64,000 nucleotides of DNA from Candidatus Poribacteria bacterium (GTDB taxonomy: Bacteria > Poribacteria > WGA-4E > WGA-3G), in assembly GCA_963665235.2 (NCBI GenBank), contig CAXXLX010000001.1:1440001-1504000 (forward strand), given 5' to 3'. Within the stretch, counting starts at the first letter, position 1, and each line of letters begins with the position of its first letter. Position numbers and translations under genes: made by a program. Shown piece by piece: positions 18,516 through 28,866 of the stretch. The notes below the pieces were generated by a model, which was not told where the DNA came from, did not search any database, and saw only the letters and a list, made by a program, of their open reading frames with translations.

Positions 18516-19220
18516 ATGAAAAAAACTCTGTTTTCACTTATGATACCTGCTGCTCTTGCAATCCTATTCATTTTGCCTATCAATCTAGTTGTCGCCCGGA
18601 CGTTCAACAACGATTTTGAAACAGGCGACCTAACAGATTGGGAAGAGAAGACAGGCGATGCGTTCGATTTTCAACCCACCTGGGGCGATAATCCAACGGC
18701 ACGGAACCGTGGACAGCCCTCTAATCATCAAGGCGATTGGTGGCTCGGACTCGCCGAAAAATACCAAGGCCCAGACAAGGGCGCGAAACTCGGACAAAAT
18801 CCTGGCGACCTCGCGGGCAACGGTCGACCTGATCAGCCGCAAGGCACCTTAACCTCAATCGAGTTCGAGATTATCGGGGATACGATGAATTTTCTCATCG
18901 GAGGCGGCAACCGGCCTTGGGACGTGAATCCTGAACCGTGTTGTGTTAACCTCGTCATCAATGACAAGGTCGAACGAACAATAACCGGTAGTAATACAGA
19001 AACGATGGCACGGAAAGAGTGGGATGTTGCCGATTTGAAAGGCAAAACCGCACAACTTGTCGTTATAGATAAGAGTAGTGGTGGCTGGGGCCATCCGAAC
19101 TTTGACGATGTGCATCAAGCCGATGCCAGCGGAAAAAACATACCGTGGGACAGAGCCCTTGCTGTTCAAGCCCGCGGAAAGTTAGCAGTCAGCTGGGCAC
19201 AGATGAAAAAGTATTACTAG
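18516..19220 (+). CDS. Secreted beta-sandwich protein with C-terminal tail, paralog 3
   Basis: Distinct signal peptide, core like paralog 2, 3' end identical to paralog 1. Confidence 0.8.
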   Translation: MKKTLFSLMIPAALAILFILPINLVVARTFNNDFETGDLTDWEEKTGDAFDFQPTWGDNPTARNRGQPSNHQGDWWLGLAEKYQGPDKGAKLGQNPGDLAGNGRPDQPQGTLTSIEFEIIGDTMNFLIGGGNRPWDVNPEPCCVNLVINDKVERTITGSNTETMARKEWDVADLKGKTAQLVVIDKSSGGWGHPNFDDVHQADASGKNIPWDRALAVQARGKLAVSWAQMKKYY

Positions 19221-19252
19221 GGTGAAACCCTAACATAACCGTTCTTTCATCA

Positions 19253-19278
19253 TAAGGGCAGCACATCTTCTGCCCTTA
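19253..19278. terminator. Hairpin between convergent genes
   Basis: taagggcag-cacatctt-ctgccctta, 9-bp stem. Confidence 0.5.
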
Positions 19279-20229
19279 CGATGAAATTTGCGGCAATCCC
19301 GCGCGCTCCCGAAATCTATTGAACGTCTTCAGAATTCCCTGTTCCATCGTCCACGCAGGCGTAAATCCCACCTCTTCAGCGATACGGATTGTATCGTAAT
19401 CCCACGATATACCGAACACGCCCGGCTCCAAGGTAATCTGTGCATCCGGCACCAACGTCTTAAGATACGCCACCCCCTCCTTTACCGGACGTATGCCTCC
19501 CCTGATATTGAAAACACGCGTCTCCGTTGTCGGGCAAGTGCACGCCATGAGAATTGAACGTGAGACATCTTCAACATACTGCCAATCCACACTATCGTCA
19601 CCGAACGGGCAGACGTGCGGTTGTCCCAATGCCACCGCCTCAATCAGTTTCGTCGTGAACGAACTCATCCCCCGTGTCCTACCAACCCCATAGACAGCCG
19701 TAAACCGCATGCCGATGGAATCAACGCCATAATCATCAAAGTAGTGCATGGCATACTTCTCACAGAGGGATTTACATGCACCGTAGATAAACTTAGGGTA
19801 GTGCGGTGCATCGTTGAGAATTTGCTCATGGTTGTAATCCTCTGGTGCACCGAACACCGCGACACTGCTTGCCCAGACAACCCGTTTGAGCCCAAAAATC
19901 CGCGCCGCTTCCAATATATTGATTGTGCCTTCGCACACCACCTTTAGTGCCTGCGGGGGGTTAGCATTGCACGCTGGCACTTGCCATGAAGCGAGGTGGA
20001 TAACCCTATCAATGTCGTGCTCCCGGACAGTCCGTAAGACGTGCGGCAGGTCGATAATATCCCCCTGAACGAAGGTAAACTGTGCAATCTCTTCATCTGT
20101 CAGCACCATCTTTGGAATAGTGAGGTCGTAAGCGAAATCGTAAACGACTACCTTTTCACCAGCAGCCAATAGGTCCCGAATGACGTAAGTACCGATGCAT
20201 CCCATGCCCCCGGTGAGCAGATATGCCAT
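19276..20229 (-). CDS. NAD-dependent epimerase/dehydratase
   Basis: TGGMGCIG, IHLAS, ASSVAVFG, YGACK. Confidence 0.9.
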   Translation of the reverse strand: MAYLLTGGMGCIGTYVIRDLLAAGEKVVVYDFAYDLTIPKMVLTDEEIAQFTFVQGDIIDLPHVLRTVREHDIDRVIHLASWQVPACNANPPQALKVVCEGTINILEAARIFGLKRVVWASSVAVFGAPEDYNHEQILNDAPHYPKFIYGACKSLCEKYAMHYFDDYGVDSIGMRFTAVYGVGRTRGMSSFTTKLIEAVALGQPHVCPFGDDSVDWQYVEDVSRSILMACTCPTTETRVFNIRGGIRPVKEGVAYLKTLVPDAQITLEPGVFGISWDYDTIRIAEEVGFTPAWTMEQGILKTFNRFRERAGLPQISS

Positions 20230-20281
20230 CCTGTTTCTCCTTTGTAGTGGCGCGATGTGCTGCTTGCGCCGATTGCGTTGC

Positions 20282-20629
20282 TTAGGTGTCCTCTAAGAGT
20301 CGCTCGCTATCTTTCAACGGTTCATCTACGTTGACGAGGATATCCTCACCCTCAACTTTAACAGGATAGATAGGGATGGACTCCTCACCGGGCCAAACAC
20401 ATTCACCCGTTTTGACATTAAACTCCCACATATGCAGCGGGCAGGTAATACAACCTCTGTCTAAGAAACCGTAACTCAAAACCCCGCCGAGGTGTGGACA
20501 GATATTGTTCATGGCGTAATATTCGCCTTCAATATTATAAATACCGATAAAAACGCCTTCAACTTTAACACCGATGCAAGTGCCTGGTTGTATCTGCTCG
20601 GTTGTCGCAGCCTTTACAAATTGTGACAT
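20282..20629 (-). CDS. Rieske [2Fe-2S] ferredoxin
   Basis: CPHLG and CPLHMWEF; probable start MSQFVK at 20629. Confidence 0.9.
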   Translation of the reverse strand: MSQFVKAATTEQIQPGTCIGVKVEGVFIGIYNIEGEYYAMNNICPHLGGVLSYGFLDRGCITCPLHMWEFNVKTGECVWPGEESIPIYPVKVEGEDILVNVDEPLKDSERLLEDT

Positions 20630-20701
20630 ATTAATTGAAACTCCAATAGAATAATTGTAAGTCGGGGTGTCCCCCATCCTATTTTCTGGACGCGTCAATG
20701 T

Positions 20702-22303
20702 TTAGCGCGCCATAACTTTGCCTTCGCCGCGCGGGTCAGTGCCACCGGCGTGGTGTATGCCATCTGCTGACACGCGAATACCGTGCCCGGGGCCCCCGAT
20801 ACCGCCACTCGCTGCCACTTCGTGCCCGAGTTCCCGCAACGTTGCAAGCGTCTCCTCACCCGCACGCGATTCAACCTGAATCGGTTCAGCCCCATCTGTA
20901 TGAAGCCGTGGCGCAGCTAACGCCTCCTGCATTGACACCTGCATGTCAATCAAACTAACACTTAGGTTCAATTCATTGTTCGGGATAGTGCGTCCACCGG
21001 GGATACCGTAAGTCGCAAACGGCTGCCCATTGTGCACTGCCAGAAACGGTGCCATGTTGTGAAGCGGACGTTTCCCCGGCCCGATAGAATTCGCCAGCCC
21101 AGGCCTCGGATCGAAACGACCGACACCGTGACCGAAAAGCAATCCCGTGCTGGGCACTGTCACCATTGAGCCGAACCCACCGCCGTGGGTTTGTGTCAAC
21201 GATACCATGTTCCCTTCTGCATCAGCAGTGGAGATATGACTCGTACAGCTCATCGGTTCGTAGTAGACAACCTCTCCCCGTTGTGGTGCGGCGAGCCCTT
21301 CATTCAGTTTGCCACGGAGCGTGTCCGTAAGCCTATCCGACAGCTCCTCCTCTATGTCTATATCGACGAAGTCGGGGTCACCAAATCGGCGGAGACGTTC
21401 GGGCCAGCAGACCTTCATCGCCTCAGCGAAGAGGTGAAATCGCTCCGTGAGAGACATCGATGGGACATCAAAGGTCTCTATCAGCCGGAGCATCTGTAAC
21501 GTCGTCAACCCACCCGCGCCGAGGGGGGATGTATACACTGAATAACCTCTATACTGAATTTCGTAAGGCTGCATAATAAAGGGACGGTAATTCTTCAGGT
21601 CATCTACGGTGAGGCATCCGCCCAATTCCTGAATGTGGTTAGCGATTGTTTCGGCGATTGTGCCTTCATAAAATGCGTCCCGTCCGCCTTCTGCAACAGC
21701 TTCGAGCGTTCGGGCGACATCAGGATTGGTAAGCCTTTCGCCTCTCTTCGGCGGGCTGCCATCTTTGAGAAAAACGCGGGCTGTTTCCGGAAATTCGCGT
21801 TGCCATCGCGCCGCATTCGCAGCAATACCGCCACGGTTTGAACCGTTTACGGCATAACCGTATCGCGCGGAATTGATAGCAGGCTGGAGTACATGGGCGA
21901 GCGGCAGGCTCCCAAACTGTTCCAACGTTAAACATAAACCTGCGACAACCCCCGGCACCCCGATAGACAGTGGCCCGTGAACGTTTACGCGGCCCGGCAC
22001 GCGATATCCTGCGGGTACATCGGGCGCGTCCTCTATTGTAAACATATCTTCGGCAGCAGCTGCAGGGGCTGCAGTGTTGTAATCTATCGCGATAACATCT
22101 TCCGTTTTCTTGCGATAGATAAGCACACACCCGCCGTATCCCGCAATGCCGTTTTGTGAGGGCTCCACAACCCCCTCAGCAAAGGCGGCCGCAACCGCTG
22201 CATCTACAGCGTTCCCGCCAGCAAGCAGCATCTCTAACCCTGCCTTTGCAGTCCGAGGATGCGGGCCGACAACTGTACCGTATTTTCTTTTGTCTAAATT
22301 CAC
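20702..22303 (-). CDS. ggt: Gamma-glutamyltransferase family protein
   Basis: GGNAVDAAVA, VPGVVAG, autocleavage CTSHIST, FGS, PGKRP, APRLH, TDPR. Confidence 0.9.
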   Translation of the reverse strand: MNLDKRKYGTVVGPHPRTAKAGLEMLLAGGNAVDAAVAAAFAEGVVEPSQNGIAGYGGCVLIYRKKTEDVIAIDYNTAAPAAAAEDMFTIEDAPDVPAGYRVPGRVNVHGPLSIGVPGVVAGLCLTLEQFGSLPLAHVLQPAINSARYGYAVNGSNRGGIAANAARWQREFPETARVFLKDGSPPKRGERLTNPDVARTLEAVAEGGRDAFYEGTIAETIANHIQELGGCLTVDDLKNYRPFIMQPYEIQYRGYSVYTSPLGAGGLTTLQMLRLIETFDVPSMSLTERFHLFAEAMKVCWPERLRRFGDPDFVDIDIEEELSDRLTDTLRGKLNEGLAAPQRGEVVYYEPMSCTSHISTADAEGNMVSLTQTHGGGFGSMVTVPSTGLLFGHGVGRFDPRPGLANSIGPGKRPLHNMAPFLAVHNGQPFATYGIPGGRTIPNNELNLSVSLIDMQVSMQEALAAPRLHTDGAEPIQVESRAGEETLATLRELGHEVAASGGIGGPGHGIRVSADGIHHAGGTDPRGEGKVMAR

Positions 22304-22499
22304 AATGTTTTTCCTTTCAATGAAGGTTAATATGCGAAATTCTAAAAGGTTTTCACAGAATTGTCAAGCTGCTGTGTTATGCAAATCGGAAAACAGAGAG
22401 GTACGATAACCGATAACCTCGCAAGAATGGCGAAGCGGAAGGAATTGTGTGGCGGATTAATCCACCACACATATCAGGCAAGAAAAGCAGGTTTTATAT

Positions 22500-23270
22500 C
22501 TATTTCCTAGCTTTGAGCTGTCCCCAAGTAACGGCCAACTTGCCAGCGGGTTCAACGGCGGCTGCCTCGTTTTCCATTACTTGTGAAATTTCGCCTGCGT
22601 TTAGTTCCCGGTCATAGAGCCGCACCTCATCAATTATACCTCTGAAAAGGTATTCGTGCACGGCACGTTCATTCGCGCCTGCACCGATGAGAAATTCCTC
22701 ATCTGGGTTGATGTTAAGCGCAGCGTCCTTTTCACCTTCAAGTTTGCCATTGACATAGAACTTCTGTTTACCGCCAGCATAGACTCCAGCGAGGTGTTGC
22801 CATTTGCCGGGTGTCACTGCTGGGCCTTGAACAGAATTCCAGCTACCCCCAACGCCTGTCCAATACTGCCAGGTATTACCGGGTTCAGCATAAAAGATAT
22901 ACCCGCTTAGCGGCGCGTCATTACGTGAAGAAACAACGGCGCGGTGGGCACCTTCACTCCCCGGTGCCACGTTTGCCCAGGCACATATAGTGAAGGTATC
23001 TGAATTGAGGTCTTTATGGTAGGGAACATTTACCTCATCCCCCCCGGCACTAAATTCGATGCCACCGCCGTAGTATCCATCGGTCCATTCAGGCGTGCCC
23101 ATCAATGTACCATCGTGTCCGTTCCCGCTTTCATCGCTTGCGGTCTCACCTTTTCCTTCATTGAATGTCCAGTACGCCACAAGGCTATCCTCGAGATTAG
23201 CGGCTAACACCGGGAGCGTCACAAAACCCGCGAGTAGCAGTAAAGCGAATACCGAAAATATAGTTTTCAT
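22500..23270 (-). CDS. Secreted LamG-like jellyroll protein with C-terminal tail
   Basis: Signal peptide; LVAYWTFNEG, WQHLAGVY, FRGIIDEVRLYDREL; tail AVEPAGKLAVTWGQLK. Confidence 0.88.
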   Translation of the reverse strand: MKTIFSVFALLLLAGFVTLPVLAANLEDSLVAYWTFNEGKGETASDESGNGHDGTLMGTPEWTDGYYGGGIEFSAGGDEVNVPYHKDLNSDTFTICAWANVAPGSEGAHRAVVSSRNDAPLSGYIFYAEPGNTWQYWTGVGGSWNSVQGPAVTPGKWQHLAGVYAGGKQKFYVNGKLEGEKDAALNINPDEEFLIGAGANERAVHEYLFRGIIDEVRLYDRELNAGEISQVMENEAAAVEPAGKLAVTWGQLKARK

Positions 23271-23389
23271 TTCTAATTCCCATCCTTTTTAGTTTTTCTA
23301 TTAATCGTTCAAAATGTGATATGTTTAAATTATATAGCAGCAAAAAGCGGTTTGTCAAATCAAAATTGGGATAAAGGATACATTTTCGT

Positions 23390-23418
23390 TTGACATGCTC
23401 TCCAAAATTGCGTATAAT
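23390..23418 (+). promoter_or_regulatory. sigma70 promoter of nusB
   Basis: TTGACA-17 nt-TATAAT, perfect consensus; a divergent TTGACA-18-TATAAT at ~23329-23358 serves the LamG gene. Confidence 0.8.
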
Positions 23419-23461
23419 ATAAGAGGTGCATATACAATAGAAATAGAAGGAAAATTTGATA

Positions 23462-23905
23462 ATGGCTTCTCGTAGAAAATCACGTATCGCTGCGATGCAA
23501 ATATTATATCAGATTCAGCTCACCGAAGAGCCGGTGCAACATGTCATGGACCAGTTCTGGCAGAGCCAGGATATCGACGCGGAACTCCGTCCGTTCGCCG
23601 AACAACTCGTGGACGGCACTATGACACATCTAGCGGAGATTGACACCGAACTCCAAACCAGCTCTAAAAATTGGAAACTTCACCGGATGCCCATTGTCGA
23701 CCTGTCTATCCTCCGGTGTGGAACGTATGAAATCCTCTATGTCAACGACATCGACCCAGCTGTCTCCATCAATGAAGCGATTGAGATTGCCAAAACCTAC
23801 AGTACCCCGAAGTCGCCTAAATTTATCAACGGCATTCTAGATAATATCCTAAAAAGACACCTGAATACCACGGGGCAAACACCTGACACCAACGCCAATG
23901 TTTAA
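23462..23905 (+). CDS. nusB: Transcription antitermination factor NusB
   Basis: RRKSRIAAMQILYQ, WKLHRMPIVD, INEAIEIAK, FINGILD. Confidence 0.95.
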   Translation: MASRRKSRIAAMQILYQIQLTEEPVQHVMDQFWQSQDIDAELRPFAEQLVDGTMTHLAEIDTELQTSSKNWKLHRMPIVDLSILRCGTYEILYVNDIDPAVSINEAIEIAKTYSTPKSPKFINGILDNILKRHLNTTGQTPDTNANV

Positions 23906-25676
23906 AACGTTTTTTATTCTCTTATTAATTATTCCATTAAGTCTTCATGCTTCCCAGGAATTCAAATTCGTTAAGGAATTCGGTGGAAAAGGCGAAGGCG
24001 AAGCGCAATTCGCAAAAAATCTGTTCATGGCGTTCGGGCCCGATGGGGCAGTCTACATCACAGATACAGATAACTTCAGAATTCAGAAGTTCACCGACAC
24101 AGGCGTTTTTGTCCTTGATATCCAGATAGATGCCGCCGCAACGTTTCGGTTTATCAACCCAACCGCTATCGCCGTCGGTGCAGATAGTGCTATCTACGTC
24201 ATGGATTGGATGCTGCAGCAGATTTCAGGCACAGCTACCCCCAAAGTTTTTAACTACGCCCCTTGCGTCCACAAGTTCGATGCACAAGGACAATTTGTCG
24301 CAAGTTATCCGCTTCAAGACCTTAGTAAGCAGTTGAATAATCTTGAAACAGCCGTCCCTGGGCTCGATGCGGATGGCAAATATGCCCTCATTATCCCAAA
24401 CGGCGACCTGAAGCGGCACTTTCTGCTCGCTGTAGATGACCAGAATACCCTCTATATTTACGACGATGGCTTAATTTACAAACTTGATGCCAACGGCACA
24501 CCGGTGCTTCGTTACGCTGTCGCTCAACCCGGGGCAGGACAAACCGTTCATCCCGCTGCACTAACTGTAGACAAGGCGGGCAATCTCTATATTGTTGATG
24601 AAAAGGGGCATCGGGTGCTAAAATATAGTCCTGAAGGGAAGTTTTTACACGCATTCGGCGAATATGGCGACGCAGCGGGTCAATTTATCGCACCCTTCCG
24701 AATCGCAGCACTAACCGATGGAACGCTCCTCGTTGCTGATACAGCCAAATATCTAAAGGATTTCACCACCACGTTACCGAAGCGATTGGATAACCCGACA
24801 CTGCACTATGGCGGGAACACCCGCCTCTTTCGATATCGTATCCGCCGCATTCAACGATTCACAACAGATGGAAAATATACCGAGCAGCTCCTTGTCCCTT
24901 TCCAACGCGAAACAGAAATCGATAAGGCACTTCAACTCAAGGGTATTGACAAAACAGGGAATCTCTACTATCTCAACCCAACAACGTTGCGATTCAGGAA
25001 GTATGCCCCAACCTCATCCCTGTTCTCTTCAATGTTCCAAACGGAACTGAAGCTCCGTTTTACACGGGACCTACAAGACGTTGAAATTGACAATCAGGAT
25101 GACCTAGACGCGGACCTCTATGCCAAAGCCGATTTCGATGAACAGATTGTTCAAGACGTGGCAGCGGCAAACGTAACCCTCTCTTACGATTTAAATCAGG
25201 ACTACCGCCTTGCGCTCTCCAATCGACTCACCTATCTGCGAATGACCGATACCAGTTATTACCGTTCACAGGATTTTGAGGATTTCCGAGGTGCCTTCAA
25301 TCAGGATGACCAAGCGACCGAAACGTCTTGGGATAATCGCGTCCAGCTTGAGTTTATGTGGATAAGAGACCACAGTATTTACACCTATCGGGAGGCGCGC
25401 GCCTTTCTATACTTCAGTGCAATCCGCCTCGATTTTATTAACGATGCCCTGCATCCAAACAATTTTCGTTATTTTGATTTCAACGTCAAATTTTCTGACT
25501 GGGGTGGCGGGCTCTCTTACGACTTAAGCCGAACGTTCCGATTAAACTTTGAAATTACACACTTCTTTGGGAAAAATAATTACACATATATTGATGAAAC
25601 TAACGACCTCTATGCCACGGGATTTCAGCAGGCAGACACCCTCCGGGCGGTCTTACTCCTAAATGGGTTCTTCTAA
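23898..25676 (+). CDS. Secreted NHL-repeat protein with putative C-terminal outer-membrane beta-barrel
   Basis: Signal peptide; NHL repeats (YITDTDNFRIQKF, YIVDEKGHRVLKY); alternating beta-strand C-terminal third ending LLLNGFF. Confidence 0.7.
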   Translation: MFKTFFILLLIIPLSLHASQEFKFVKEFGGKGEGEAQFAKNLFMAFGPDGAVYITDTDNFRIQKFTDTGVFVLDIQIDAAATFRFINPTAIAVGADSAIYVMDWMLQQISGTATPKVFNYAPCVHKFDAQGQFVASYPLQDLSKQLNNLETAVPGLDADGKYALIIPNGDLKRHFLLAVDDQNTLYIYDDGLIYKLDANGTPVLRYAVAQPGAGQTVHPAALTVDKAGNLYIVDEKGHRVLKYSPEGKFLHAFGEYGDAAGQFIAPFRIAALTDGTLLVADTAKYLKDFTTTLPKRLDNPTLHYGGNTRLFRYRIRRIQRFTTDGKYTEQLLVPFQRETEIDKALQLKGIDKTGNLYYLNPTTLRFRKYAPTSSLFSSMFQTELKLRFTRDLQDVEIDNQDDLDADLYAKADFDEQIVQDVAAANVTLSYDLNQDYRLALSNRLTYLRMTDTSYYRSQDFEDFRGAFNQDDQATETSWDNRVQLEFMWIRDHSIYTYREARAFLYFSAIRLDFINDALHPNNFRYFDFNVKFSDWGGGLSYDLSRTFRLNFEITHFFGKNNYTYIDETNDLYATGFQQADTLRAVLLLNGFF

Positions 25677-25764
25677 ATCCTGTCTGAATCGCGGATTATC
25701 GCGGATTTATCGGATTTCGCGGATTTTAAGGTGCGTAACAATCCACGTTTTGGGTTTCCTATTA

Positions 25765-25915
25765 ACGTGAGCTTGATAATAAATATCCGTTTGCTCTAAA
25801 CCTTTTTCACCGCGAAAAAAGCAGCATAATTGTAGCACATACTTCCGAGTTTGTGCGGTTTTTTGCTAAAACTACCACAGAACGCTCTAGGTCAAAACTT
25901 TTTTCAAACTCGCGT
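25765..25915. mobile_element. MITE (151 bp), TIR ACGYGAG(Y)TTGA, 5-bp TSD TATTA, internal REP
   Basis: TATTA|acgtgagcttga...tcaaactcgcgt|TATTA; sister element at 33434-33717. Confidence 0.8.
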
Positions 25916-25930
25916 TATTAGGGTTTTGTG

Positions 25931-26012
25931 TGTTTCTATAAACATACCGCCCCGATGAGGCTAAGCGTGTGTGCGTTTTGTGTTTCTATAAACATACCGC
26001 CCCGATGGGGCT
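25931..26012. repeat. Two direct copies of a hairpin repeat
   Basis: tgtttctataaacataccgccccgatgRggct at 25931 and 25981; related to the ctataaaYatatcgtccctacgggact family. Confidence 0.75.
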
Positions 26013-26218
26013 GCGCTTTTGCACATCGGATGCTATTTTTCTACTATTTGCATTTGTGTCAGAAACAGTGAGAAAAATTAGGAATGCTTTGAAGATTGGG
26101 CAGCAGGCTCACTGATATTATCCAAACTATAGTAGCAATTAGCAAGAGAAAGAAGCCTCTGACGCGCATCAAAAATATAGTCAGAATCACAACCTCTTGC
26201 TAACAGCCAACAGCCAAT

Positions 26219-26247
26219 TTGACACCCCCGTTTTTTCATGTTATAAT
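26219..26247 (+). promoter_or_regulatory. sigma70 promoter of rsfS
   Basis: TTGACA-17 nt-TATAAT with an extended TG. Confidence 0.8.
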
Positions 26248-26353
26248 ACTTTTACACAGTATTTGCATGAAATTTACCCCCGTTCTGTTCGGGATGCACC
26301 TTACCCAAAATAAGCGCAGCGCGTAGCAGCGTTAAACTCAGGAGACAGAGCCG

Positions 26354-26800
26354 ATGTCAACAAATAATACACTGGAAATAGTCAAAGCGGCTGCATGTGC
26401 TGCAGTGAGCCACCGCGCGCAGAATCCCGTAATCCTTGACCTTCGAGAATTGGATTGCTTTACCGATTTTTTCGCAATTTTTAGCGGTACCTCCGATATC
26501 CAGGTGGAAGGTATTTCGGAAGCGGTGTTAGAAGAACTTGAACAAAACTGGAATCAGCAACCCTGGCAACGTGAAGGCGCGAAAAGAGCCGATTGGATTT
26601 TGTTAGATTATGTCGATTTCATCGTCCACATCTTTTTGGAGGAAAGACGCACATACTATAACCTCGAACGCTTGTGGGCGGAAGCCCCTCACGTCACACT
26701 GCCTGAGTTTGAAGAGATGCCTTTTCCTGAAGCACCCGAATATGATGAAGATGAATTGATTTTAGGGCTTGTTCCTGAAGACAACGCTCAGCAATCTTAA
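26354..26800 (+). CDS. rsfS: Ribosome silencing factor
   Basis: ILDLRE, TDFFAIFSGTS, WILLDYVDFIVHIF, YYNLERLW; acidic tail. Confidence 0.93.
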   Translation: MSTNNTLEIVKAAACAAVSHRAQNPVILDLRELDCFTDFFAIFSGTSDIQVEGISEAVLEELEQNWNQQPWQREGAKRADWILLDYVDFIVHIFLEERRTYYNLERLWAEAPHVTLPEFEEMPFPEAPEYDEDELILGLVPEDNAQQS

Positions 26801-26870
26801 GGGAAACCTGTGGATATTTGTAGATTCAAGGAGGTGCAAGTTTGTTGAATGTGGACAGAGGACAGCACGA

Positions 26871-27605
26871 CTAATCGACAGATGCCAAGATTAGCGTGAC
26901 ATTATCGGTACCTCCGTATGCAAGGGCACATTTAATAAGGTTTTCGCTGGCAGCTTCAAGGGTGGGGGCAGACAGGATAATGTTTTCTGTCTCCGTATCG
27001 TCAGGAATCAGGTCATACAAACCATCCGTACAGGCAAGAACAATATCGCCAGAGGTAAGCGGATAGATATCGCTCGTGAGCCGGACCTTCTTGGACAAAC
27101 CGATTGCCTGGGTAATGATATGCCGTTTTGCATGCACCCGCCCCTCTGCGGGGGTGATTTCGCCTTTGTCAACCAGCTTTTGGACTAAGGAATCGTCTGT
27201 CGTAATCTGTGTGAGCACTTTGTCGTGAAGCACATAAAGGCGGCTATCCCCGACATGCACGTAAGTGAGGTAACTCGGCGTAATAAAGCCTGCTGTGAGC
27301 GTTGTTCCCATGCCTTCGTATTCTTCGGCACTTTGCGCTCTCTCATACACACGCCGATTAGCATCTGTTGCGAGTTGGTCTAAAATATTAAGCCTTTTGA
27401 TGGGCCCCAAATCACTAATAGGATAGGTATTTGCTGCCGCCCATTCTTGAAAGACCTGAAGTGCCAATTGGCTCGCTATATCGCCCCGGGCGTGTCCACT
27501 CATACCGTCGGCAATAGCAAACAGGCAGTTCTCTTCATCATAATAGTACAAATCTTCGTTTCTTTCACGAAGACCGCCGATATCTGTTTGGGCTACAAAT
27601 TTCAT
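26871..27605 (-). CDS. PP2C-family Ser/Thr phosphatase
   Basis: RERNED, ADGMSGH, MGTT, HVGDSRLY, CTDGL, DNVT. Confidence 0.93.
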   Translation of the reverse strand: MKFVAQTDIGGLRERNEDLYYYDEENCLFAIADGMSGHARGDIASQLALQVFQEWAAANTYPISDLGPIKRLNILDQLATDANRRVYERAQSAEEYEGMGTTLTAGFITPSYLTYVHVGDSRLYVLHDKVLTQITTDDSLVQKLVDKGEITPAEGRVHAKRHIITQAIGLSKKVRLTSDIYPLTSGDIVLACTDGLYDLIPDDTETENIILSAPTLEAASENLIKCALAYGGTDNVTLILASVD

Positions 27606-27738
27606 TTCATGGGCTCTCAATAATTTTTTCTTTACGTTTACTTAATTGTTTGTTTAATGTTAAAAACGATGAACGTTATGTTCTCGTTACATAAATTCAC
27701 AGAAACACTTTAGAAAGAATACTGCAAGGAGCAGGTGA

Positions 27739-28791
27739 ATGCCAATATCTACCGCTATCCTTGATTTTCACACACAATCTCTCGTAATTGATTCGCATAA
27801 CGACGCAATTGTTGCACACATCCGAAGAGGCAACGTTAACCTCGCTGACGAACAGGTCCAAGATGCCGCACTGCCCAACGGCACCATCGCGTATCTTCGT
27901 GGCCCGGTACCGCCAGACGAGGAAGCCATCGGCATACAACTCAACATCCCGAAAATGCAACAAGGCGGGATTGATGTCGCCTTTTTCGCTGTTGACGTAA
28001 CACGCGCATGGAAAAACCATCTCGCCTACGCCCTAGATGCCTTCGGATGGTTCGATGCATCGGTCGCAGCTCACGCCGATAATATCTGCATCGTGCGGAA
28101 AACAGCTGATATTCACGATGCGAAAGCGAACGGAAAACTCGCCGCCATACTTGCGGTAGAAAACAGTGAGGCTGTTGAAAGAAGTTTGAATGTCCTCCGC
28201 TCGCTCTATAGACTCGGTGTGCGTTCTATCGGATTAACACACAACCCGAATACATGGGCAGCCGCGGGCACCGATGAAGGTGAAACCGGCAGCGGGTTGA
28301 CAAAATTCGGCAGGCAACTCGTCCAAGAGATGAATCAACTCGGCATGCTCGTCGATGTCTCACACATCAGCGAACGCGGGTTCTGGGATGTACTGCACAT
28401 CTCCGATACACCTGTCATCGCATCGCATAGCAATTGCAAAACGTTGTGCAACCACCTGCGGAACTTGAGCAACGAGCAACTCAAGGCACTTTCTGCCAAT
28501 GGCGGGGTCGTAGGCATCACCTTTGTTCCAGGGTTTATCACAGAAGATGGGTGGACGAAACCCCCCGCCTTCTCGAAACTCCTCAATCATTTCGATTATG
28601 CAATTGATATTGCTGGCATTGACCATGTCGGCATCGGTTCCGATTTTGATGGCGGCGGTGAACTGCTCAAGGACGCTGCCGAATTTCCCAGAATCACAGA
28701 GGGGTTAAGTGAACGCGGCTACTCGGACGAAGACATTCAGAAAGTCCTTGGCGGAAATCATCTGCGCGTCTTCGAAGCCGCATGCGGATAG
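27739..28791 (+). CDS. Membrane dipeptidase (M19)
   Basis: IDSHND, GLTHN, VDVSH, ASHSN, GSDFDG, GGNHLRV. Confidence 0.92.
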   Translation: MPISTAILDFHTQSLVIDSHNDAIVAHIRRGNVNLADEQVQDAALPNGTIAYLRGPVPPDEEAIGIQLNIPKMQQGGIDVAFFAVDVTRAWKNHLAYALDAFGWFDASVAAHADNICIVRKTADIHDAKANGKLAAILAVENSEAVERSLNVLRSLYRLGVRSIGLTHNPNTWAAAGTDEGETGSGLTKFGRQLVQEMNQLGMLVDVSHISERGFWDVLHISDTPVIASHSNCKTLCNHLRNLSNEQLKALSANGGVVGITFVPGFITEDGWTKPPAFSKLLNHFDYAIDIAGIDHVGIGSDFDGGGELLKDAAEFPRITEGLSERGYSDEDIQKVLGGNHLRVFEAACG

Positions 28792-28866
28792 ATAGACGAT
28801 TAAGAGGGATAGCGTTGTGTCCTTCTTTCTGACAAATAATCAATCATTGACAAGAGGCAATTTATC

